DNA of 64,000 bases from a virus, in the IMG/VR virus record IMGVR_UViG_3300042691_032685, positions 5,530 through 69,529 of that record; one strand, 5' to 3'. The position numbers and the translations under genes were made by a program. The notes below the pieces were generated by a model. That model made no database searches. It saw nothing but the letters and a program-made list of their open reading frames with translations, and had not been told where the DNA came from. Each line of letters opens with the position of its first letter. Position 1 is the stretch's first letter. Positions 57,865 to 64,000 of the stretch are shown here, piece after piece.

Positions 57865-57928
57865 AACTGGGCGTCTGTACTCGTTGTGCAAACAGCACAG
57901 AAGGAGACAGTATAAGTCCCAGGTTTTA
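57865..57928 (+). ncRNA. Structured intergenic element, family B copy 2
   Basis: CTGGGC-[longer hairpin]-TAAGTCCCAGGTTTTA. Confidence 0.55.
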
Positions 57929-57949
57929 TCCACCTACTCAACTCAGCTC

Positions 57950-58135
57950 ATGTCTGCTTACTACGACAACATCAACTTGTTTGATCGAATTAATCTTGCT
58001 GCCTGCGCTATGCGCAGAGCACAAGACAACATACTTGATGAACAACGTTTTCATGGCGAGTTTAAAACTGCTCGCCTATGGAACAAGTACAAGTGTGTCA
58101 TTACCAAGTCTTATTCCTACATCGATGAAGGCTAA
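57950..58135 (+). CDS. Early hypothetical protein
   Basis: ATG after AC-rich leader. Confidence 0.55.
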   Translation: MSAYYDNINLFDRINLAACAMRRAQDNILDEQRFHGEFKTARLWNKYKCVITKSYSYIDEG

Positions 58136-58395
58136 TGACTAACTACTGTTCAGTCCTTGCTATCGAAGACACTCAATTCACCGACACTCATGTCACTGTT
58201 ACAGCAGTTGTTGACGAAATGCGCCTGCTCTATCGGGCGACTTATCTCGATCCTGAAGAGTGGGCTCCAGCACTTTGTACAACAACTATCGAATTGGATC
58301 CAGACGAACCAATCCCTCTTGACGAAGATGGCTTCGCTGAGTATCTTGATCGGCTCGATCCACAGTGGCAACTTGTTGACACCTCAGACGAATGA
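58135..58395 (+). CDS. Acidic early protein
   Basis: ORF, TAATG coupling. Confidence 0.6.
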   Translation: MTNYCSVLAIEDTQFTDTHVTVTAVVDEMRLLYRATYLDPEEWAPALCTTTIELDPDEPIPLDEDGFAEYLDRLDPQWQLVDTSDE

Positions 58396-58522
58396 TTGGA
58401 TTCTCAATTGAATTCAAACGTTGGTACTTTGTACTACGTGGTCCTAAAGGTCGTGTCTATTTAGCTACGGGCTTTACACGTTACAACCCATACGTTAAAG
58501 AAGTTCCAAATCTTTAACATAT

Positions 58523-58550
58523 CGTCCTGGACATGACGTTAAACTGTCCA
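58523..58550 (+). ncRNA. H-type pseudoknot motif, copy 3
   Basis: CGTC-C-TGGACA-T-GACG-TTAAAC-TGTCCA. Confidence 0.7.
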
Positions 58551-58570
58551 TTAACAATATCTATCCACCA

Positions 58571-58840
58571 ATGAAACACTGGCTTTCATTACTCGCACTT
58601 AACTTCCTCATTGCACTTCCAGCACACGCACAGTGGGCTATGACATGTACCAGAGACCCTGGTTCATCTGTCAACCTACGCAACGGTCCATCCAAGAACA
58701 ACACAGTCATTGCCTCCATTCCAGACAGTCAATACCTCAGGGCATTGGACTGGGTATGGGGCGGTGACCAAATGCGTTGGTACCGTGTTGAATACAACGG
58801 TCTTGTTGGCTGGATGCGTTCTGACTATCTCTGCCGATGA
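58571..58840 (+). CDS. Secreted SH3b-domain protein
   Basis: Signal peptide (PAHA), VNLRNGPS...WYRVEYNGLVGWMRSDYL. Confidence 0.85.
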   Translation: MKHWLSLLALNFLIALPAHAQWAMTCTRDPGSSVNLRNGPSKNNTVIASIPDSQYLRALDWVWGGDQMRWYRVEYNGLVGWMRSDYLCR

Positions 58841-59238
58841 CAAAGAAGATTATTCTTGGTATCGCCGCCCTCATTGGTTTCATCATTGCCTGTGCTGGTG
58901 TAGCCACCATGCAAATGGTCATGGGTTCATTGATACCAGACAATAAGCCTGATCCAGATGGCAAACTTGAACCTGATCCTCAGGAGAAATCCAAACAGGA
59001 ATGGGAAGCCAAACTTAAAGAGACTGGTCAAACTACAAGTGCAACCAAGGAAGAACCTGTAAAGCAGCAGGAGCAACAGCAGGAACCTTCACCTACTGTA
59101 GTTGAGCAACCTGCTCCACCGCCACAGCCTGTAGCTCCGCCACCTCCACCTCGCATTCAAAGTACTGGCCCTGGCAACTTTGATGCACCACCTGCATACT
59201 ACCCACCGCCTGCGCCTACGGGTCCAGGCAATATGTAA
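58837..59238 (+). CDS. Membrane-anchored proline-rich protein
   Basis: N-terminal TM, poly-Pro, GPGN repeat. Confidence 0.65.
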   Translation: MTKKIILGIAALIGFIIACAGVATMQMVMGSLIPDNKPDPDGKLEPDPQEKSKQEWEAKLKETGQTTSATKEEPVKQQEQQQEPSPTVVEQPAPPPQPVAPPPPPRIQSTGPGNFDAPPAYYPPPAPTGPGNM

Positions 59239-59241
59239 CTT

Positions 59242-59982
59242 ATGAAACTTCCAATGATTGCATTAATCTCATCAGCCCTTGGCATTGGTTCTGCTATTGC
59301 AGTTAACCAAGTCAATAACATGATTGCACATCACAATGAACAACAAGATCACTTGCGTTCATTGATGTATACACAACCATTAGAACAAGGGCCTGGAGAT
59401 GTAGCTCGTGCAATTCCTGATGGGATGCTTCCATTAGATGCCACACCAACTCCTGGTTCACTGCCAGAGCCTGGCTCTGATCGTCCTTTGATTCAACTCA
59501 AGGATGGTGTACCAGTGCCTGTGATCCCTAAACGTCCATCAGCAAAGCTGCTGCTGATTCGCACCAAAGAAACCGTTAAGCAAACCAAAGATCCAATCTG
59601 GAAACTACAGTTGGTTGCTAACGGTCAAGTCCTGGACAGCATGCCTGCTCTAACAGGACGTGCCTCTAAGCAAACGGCGAATCGCAACATTGCTGGCAAC
59701 AAATCACCATTGCCCATTGGTACATACTCCATCGATAGGTACGGCATTGCCCGTGCACCATTTGATGATCCAGAACTTGGCAAAGGATTCTGGGTACCAG
59801 TGATTCCTTTGTTCAATACCAATCGTTCTGCCCTTGGCTTCCACCAAGATCCAAGCTGGGGCAAACTCAACGGTGAGTCCGGTACCAGTGGATGCATTGG
59901 TCTGGAATCACCAGAGGCCACAGCAAAGCTGCTGGAATGGATCAAACATTACAACATTCAATTGTTATCAGTTGAATCGTAA
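59242..59982 (+). CDS. L,D-transpeptidase (YkuD-like)
   Basis: LPIGTYSI, LGFHQD...GTSGCIGL (His/Cys). Confidence 0.8.
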   Translation: MKLPMIALISSALGIGSAIAVNQVNNMIAHHNEQQDHLRSLMYTQPLEQGPGDVARAIPDGMLPLDATPTPGSLPEPGSDRPLIQLKDGVPVPVIPKRPSAKLLLIRTKETVKQTKDPIWKLQLVANGQVLDSMPALTGRASKQTANRNIAGNKSPLPIGTYSIDRYGIARAPFDDPELGKGFWVPVIPLFNTNRSALGFHQDPSWGKLNGESGTSGCIGLESPEATAKLLEWIKHYNIQLLSVES

Positions 59983-59989
59983 TGACATC

Positions 59990-60018
59990 ACGTCCTGAGC
60001 ATGACGTTAAACTGCTCA
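59990..60018 (+). ncRNA. H-type pseudoknot motif, copy 4
   Basis: ACGTC-C-TGAGCA-T-GACGT-TAAAC-TGCTCA. Confidence 0.7.
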
Positions 60019-60047
60019 ACACTACGAACCAACTACGAACTTGACTC

Positions 60048-61754
60048 ATGCATTTCCAACTTCCCTCCAACCTGCAACAAGAACTCCTGGCTTATGACCC
60101 AAAGCTCAAGGCTTTGGCTAAGCAAGCAGAGAACAAGAAGCCTGCGAAGAAAGCCAAGTATCCCCTTGGCAACATCCCTCATCTCATTCCTGAAGATGTC
60201 GTACGCTCTAGCTACCAACAGACTGCAATTGATCACATCAATGCACAGCTAGCACCAGGGCGTTTCCAATTGTTTACCAAGCTTGTGGATGTAGCAACCC
60301 CACAAGCACGCACTGTACCTATTGCTATCCTCTATCACTTCGAGCAATGCTGGTACGCAGCATGGCTACCTCAACGTGGTAAAGACTATCTCTATGGCTA
60401 TGCCTATGCATTTAAAAACACCTCAGCTGCTGCTAAAGCTGTACCTCACAGCATCTGGAACAGTAAAGATCATTGCACTGAACACAACATTGGTCGTGGT
60501 TCACAGGTCTTTACTTACTCAGCAACAGTAACAAAGCAAGACATCATCAATGGCAAAGACGGTCGCAACTGGCGTGCCATGGGTGTTGCTAGTTACTACC
60601 AGAAAGCTCGTGATATTAACGAGGCAATCAATAAATTTGAATCACAGCTGATGACAACTATTCCTCAATGGAGTGACTGTCGCAGCATCTTTGAACGTCT
60701 ACGTTGCAACAATCTTATTGATGCACTTGAAATGCCTGCATTCTTTAGCAAGCCTATACCTGATAAAACCAAGTATCAACTTACTGTTGATAACTTAATT
60801 GCAACATCTAAGCTGCTTAAGAATGACTATGGTTATTCTTCCTACGGTACATGCTTAACTAAGACCGAAGCAATCATTACCACTCCGTATATCAAGAAGC
60901 AGCTTCAAGCAATGCTTGATCGTTCAACTACTGAGTACAACAACCCAGAGAATACACAACGCAAATCTATTAAATACGGCTTCAAGGAATTTGAGCAGAC
61001 ATGTAACTCTATCGAATTTATTACTCGCATCTGGCCTGACTGCCCCGTCGATCACTACCGCACATACTTCGATGAATTGCGTTGCATCAACCTAAATCAC
61101 TTTAGATATGACGAACGTCTAATTGAATGGTTGCGCCAGCACATGCCTGTTGCATCCTTCTTCAATATGCTACGCAAGTTCAATGAAGTAGAACCTCTTT
61201 ATCCTCGTACTTCATTTAGTGACTATGACTATCATGTCAAATCATACTTTGAGATGAATGACACCTTCTCCATGATCATGCGTGTCCTGGAGAGCGGCAA
61301 GGAACTGGAGGCACCCAAGCGTTGGCGTATGCCTGACTTCCATGACTACGTGCAAGCCGAAGCATGGAAGGTAACCAACCGTAAGGAGGCTCTGCACCAG
61401 GATCTGTTCCCTGCTCCGATCAAAGTCAACATCAGCGGCAGTGATTGGACATTCTTCCAGCCAGTCGACACTCATCAGCTGGCACAGTGGGGACAAGCAG
61501 TACGCAACTGTGTTGGCTCTGCATCCAGGTATGCAGAAGACATCAAGAAACGTAAACACTTCATTGTGCTTTGCATGATTGATGGCAAGCCGACCTTCAC
61601 GATCCAGCTGGATGTATCCATGGGTGTCATGAACGTTGTTCAGATCTCAGGTGTTGCCAACCAACGCCTCACTGATGAGCAACGTGAGCAATACTCACAA
61701 GCATTCAAGCAAGCCTTGCAATCTCGTGAAGCTGAGCTAAGCTCTAACAGCTGA
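60048..61754 (+). CDS. PcfJ-domain protein
   Basis: FHD...QLAQWGQAVRNCVG...FTIQL...QISG..N. Confidence 0.75.
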   Translation: MHFQLPSNLQQELLAYDPKLKALAKQAENKKPAKKAKYPLGNIPHLIPEDVVRSSYQQTAIDHINAQLAPGRFQLFTKLVDVATPQARTVPIAILYHFEQCWYAAWLPQRGKDYLYGYAYAFKNTSAAAKAVPHSIWNSKDHCTEHNIGRGSQVFTYSATVTKQDIINGKDGRNWRAMGVASYYQKARDINEAINKFESQLMTTIPQWSDCRSIFERLRCNNLIDALEMPAFFSKPIPDKTKYQLTVDNLIATSKLLKNDYGYSSYGTCLTKTEAIITTPYIKKQLQAMLDRSTTEYNNPENTQRKSIKYGFKEFEQTCNSIEFITRIWPDCPVDHYRTYFDELRCINLNHFRYDERLIEWLRQHMPVASFFNMLRKFNEVEPLYPRTSFSDYDYHVKSYFEMNDTFSMIMRVLESGKELEAPKRWRMPDFHDYVQAEAWKVTNRKEALHQDLFPAPIKVNISGSDWTFFQPVDTHQLAQWGQAVRNCVGSASRYAEDIKKRKHFIVLCMIDGKPTFTIQLDVSMGVMNVVQISGVANQRLTDEQREQYSQAFKQALQSREAELSSNS

Positions 61755-61802
61755 TGCCACAGCAGGGGCGTCCTATCCTCGTTAAAGGGCGCCTCTTTAA
61801 CC

Positions 61803-62021
61803 ATGAAACACACCGATGAACAGCTACTTGCTATGGCATTAGCTAACCTTGGTGACTACATCCACGACAACTCACCTCAGTACGTATTGATCGAAGACGA
61901 TCCACGCAACGAGGATGACTACGATAGCTGGACTTACGGAATGGAAGTCCTGCCTCATGATCACACTTGGCAGTCAGATGCAATTGACGTAAGTCCAAGT
62001 GATGCAGACGTGACGGAATAG
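61803..62021 (+). CDS. Acidic hypothetical protein
   Basis: ORF; last 18 nt overlap the tRNA. Confidence 0.55.
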   Translation: MKHTDEQLLAMALANLGDYIHDNSPQYVLIEDDPRNEDDYDSWTYGMEVLPHDHTWQSDAIDVSPSDADVTE

Positions 62022-62090
62022 GTATACGTAACGCACTTAAAATGCGTCGGGCATTTGCCCTTGCGGGTTCGACTCCCGCCGTCTGCACCA
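62004..62090 (+). tRNA. trnL: tRNA-Leu(UAA), intronless, CCA encoded
   Basis: GCAGACG/CGTCTGC acceptor, ACGCA-CTTAAAA-TGCGT anticodon arm, long variable arm, GCGGG-TTCGACT-CCCGC. Confidence 0.95.
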
Positions 62091-62110
62091 ACCACACTCA
62101 ATTCAACACC

Positions 62111-62473
62111 ATGCAATTCTTTGCTGCCTTCAAGTCCCTCATCCCTGAGTTTCATGCTTATGCGGATGATGACAACCGCTACAACCTAGGTGCTACCTGG
62201 ACCAGCTCCGATGGTTTGCGTGACTACCACAATCTCGAGATGCGGTACGTCCATAACTCTGAGCGTCTTGCGCTCCAGGGGGAACCGCAACCTGATGGAA
62301 GCTGGCGCTACGTTGAACCCAACGGCGCTGTTCACACCATCTCACCAGAACGTGCTAAGCACTTCATGGAACAGACCAGAGCACACGCCACACTCATGGT
62401 TGGCATGCTCGATAAGCTTCGTGAGTCAGGGGTCCTAGACGAGCCCCTAGACACCACTGCAGAAGCTGCCTAA
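62111..62473 (+). CDS. Hypothetical protein
   Basis: ATG 20 nt after the tRNA CCA. Confidence 0.65.
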   Translation: MQFFAAFKSLIPEFHAYADDDNRYNLGATWTSSDGLRDYHNLEMRYVHNSERLALQGEPQPDGSWRYVEPNGAVHTISPERAKHFMEQTRAHATLMVGMLDKLRESGVLDEPLDTTAEAA

Positions 62474-62491
62474 GATCTACTCGGAATGTTC

Positions 62492-62520
62492 GGCCCCTGC
62501 ATCAGCGGGGGTCTTTTCTT
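62492..62520 (+). terminator. Probable terminator
   Basis: GGCCCCTGC-ATCA-GCGGGGGTC-TTTTCTT. Confidence 0.65.
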
Positions 62521-62521
62521 C

Positions 62522-62845
62522 ATGATCTCAGAATCAATTGTCTCCAAAGATGTAACAGAACTTATCGCTGATTGTATTCCTGACGAACAATGGGAACGCG
62601 TCTGCCAGTTCATGGTAGAGAAGATTGTTGACAACATGCCATCTGATGTCATGACAAAACTCACAGGCAAATGCGATGCATTTGAAACTGCTGAGCAACT
62701 TCTTAACGCGTTCTACAAAGATGCACCAAAGAATGAACTCATCAGAGATTCTTTCAAGTTACTTGGTGCTGAACAAACTGCTTACTATCTTGACTCCCTG
62801 AACCTCAATTCAACTGATGGCCTTTCAGAAGCCAATCCTTCCTGA
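62522..62845 (+). CDS. Hypothetical protein
   Basis: ORF. Confidence 0.6.
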   Translation: MISESIVSKDVTELIADCIPDEQWERVCQFMVEKIVDNMPSDVMTKLTGKCDAFETAEQLLNAFYKDAPKNELIRDSFKLLGAEQTAYYLDSLNLNSTDGLSEANPS

Positions 62846-63167
62846 TTGTCCTGAATGCAAGCAACCTGGGTTACGAGTCATTGAATCCAGGAAGACAGCT
62901 GATGCCACACGTCGTCGCAAAAAATGCGAGTGCTGTGGTATCCGCTTTACAACTTATGAAGTATCTGCTGATTTTTACAACGAAGCACAGCAGAACTTGA
63001 TCTTGGTCTCTAAGCTTTATGCGTTGCTAAGCGGTAACGCTTTAGCATCTCAACCAGCGATCATCAAATGCAAAGACTGCTCTCATAACCAGGGCGATGC
63101 TTGTGCATTTGAATTTCCTGAATACGACACCACTGATTCCTACGACTGCAATCACTATGACAACTAA
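62817..63167 (+). CDS. NrdR-like zinc-ribbon protein
   Basis: CPEC...VIESR...[17 protein letters not shown]; second Cys cluster instead of ATP cone. Confidence 0.75.
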   Translation: MAFQKPILPDCPECKQPGLRVIESRKTADATRRRKKCECCGIRFTTYEVSADFYNEAQQNLILVSKLYALLSGNALASQPAIIKCKDCSHNQGDACAFEFPEYDTTDSYDCNHYDN

Positions 63168-63456
63168 GCGTCAATTCACTTATGCCGTTGGTGATCGCGT
63201 AGCGGAACGTCCCAAGGCTCATGGCATCTTTGCTATTCGTAACGAAGTTAAAGAACGTATTGCTCAATACCGCAGCCAGCGGTACGGCAATGTTCTGAAC
63301 ATCGTTGAAAAACCAAATAGCCTTGGCCGCAAACAAAAGTTCTTAGTGATCCAATGGGATCACCTGGTATCACCAACAGAACACGCTACGATGCGTATCT
63401 GTCCAGCATCAGAACTCCAGCGTCTGATGAAAGAAGTCATTGTTCCAGGGGAATGA
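63157..63456 (+). CDS. Hypothetical protein (SH3/KOW-like)
   Basis: YAVGDRV...G.V...VIQWD. Confidence 0.55.
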   Translation: MTTKRQFTYAVGDRVAERPKAHGIFAIRNEVKERIAQYRSQRYGNVLNIVEKPNSLGRKQKFLVIQWDHLVSPTEHATMRICPASELQRLMKEVIVPGE

Positions 63457-63457
63457 G

Positions 63458-63664
63458 ATGGATGAACGAACTGAGATGATCATCCGAGCTGTTGCAACTT
63501 CTATTGCAATCCTTGGATTCATGATTCTTACCTACGCAGTTGTTGAAAACAATGCTGAACCCGTAGAAAAGTTTAAGTTTGTAGACAGGTACAAGAATTG
63601 CGACGTGGTCAGGTACACTGACCCGAGCAATGAATGGCATTACCTACTGCACTGTGATCAATGA
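63458..63664 (+). CDS. Small membrane protein
   Basis: TM then [12 protein letters not shown]. Confidence 0.55.
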   Translation: MDERTEMIIRAVATSIAILGFMILTYAVVENNAEPVEKFKFVDRYKNCDVVRYTDPSNEWHYLLHCDQ

Positions 63665-64000
63665 ACACTGAACTTATTTGGGTCACACCCAATGCAGAAG
63701 AGATGATTGTCAAGATGGCTCGGGTCTCTGCACCGAGTAATCAAGACAATATGGATACAGCACCACGCCTGCTTAAGTATCTGATTAAGCACAAGCACTG
63801 GTCACCATTTGAAATGGGAAACATGTGCGTTGAGATTGAAACCACGCGTGCAATCTCACCACAGATCTTGCGTCATCGTTCATTTTCATTTCAGGAATTT
63901 AGTCAGCGCTACGCAGACATCAGTGATATCGGCAGCATCACACTGCCGCACCTACGTAGCCAAGACTACAAGAACAGGCAGAACTCCAACGACGATCTCA
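63661..64000 (+). CDS. thyX: Flavin-dependent thymidylate synthase, runs off the window end
   Basis: [27 protein letters not shown]. Confidence 0.95.
   Translation, partial: MNTELIWVTPNAEEMIVKMARVSAPSNQDNMDTAPRLLKYLIKHKHWSPFEMGNMCVEIETTRAISPQILRHRSFSFQEFSQRYADISDIGSITLPHLRSQDYKNRQNSNDDL

Noticed and set aside
53116-60018. Dispersed early-region repeats as a CRISPR-like array or phage promoters
   Set aside because: Irregular gene-sized spacing and conservation of base pairing rather than sequence argue for RNA structure

Overview
The window is about 64 kb of a lytic, probably short-tailed, cyanophage genome; from memory its gene content resembles S-EIV1-type freshwater Synechococcus phages, which I have not verified by search. 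Layout: 1-10.7 kb holds host-metabolism and replication genes (DUF4422-like glycosyltransferase, StrG-like oxygenase, hli, exonuclease, primase-helicase, speD, GT4, His-Cys/HNH nuclease, a 37-aa CP12-like peptide). 10.8-52.3 kb is a mostly minus-strand late region (endolysins, two tail fibres, nblA, capsid, scaffold, portal, terminase, putative internal/ejection proteins) with an embedded plus-strand dcd/DUF3310/Dam-like block. 53-64 kb is a plus-strand early region of small genes with SSB, L,D-transpeptidase, PcfJ-like protein, tRNA-Leu(UAA) and thyX. The most striking unexplained signal is in the early region: about 13 compact structured-RNA elements, including four covarying H-type pseudoknots, two tRNA-elbow-like three-way junctions and two further hairpin families, most sitting 16-29 nt upstream of an SD-less start codon. 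Other notable features are a 230-bp nested dyad (candidate origin), a circularly permuted M23 peptidase, apparently catalytically dead integrase and Dam homologues, a 518-nt portal/scaffold overlap and a virion gene interrupted by one in-frame TAA. All family assignments come from motif recognition by eye, not database searches.
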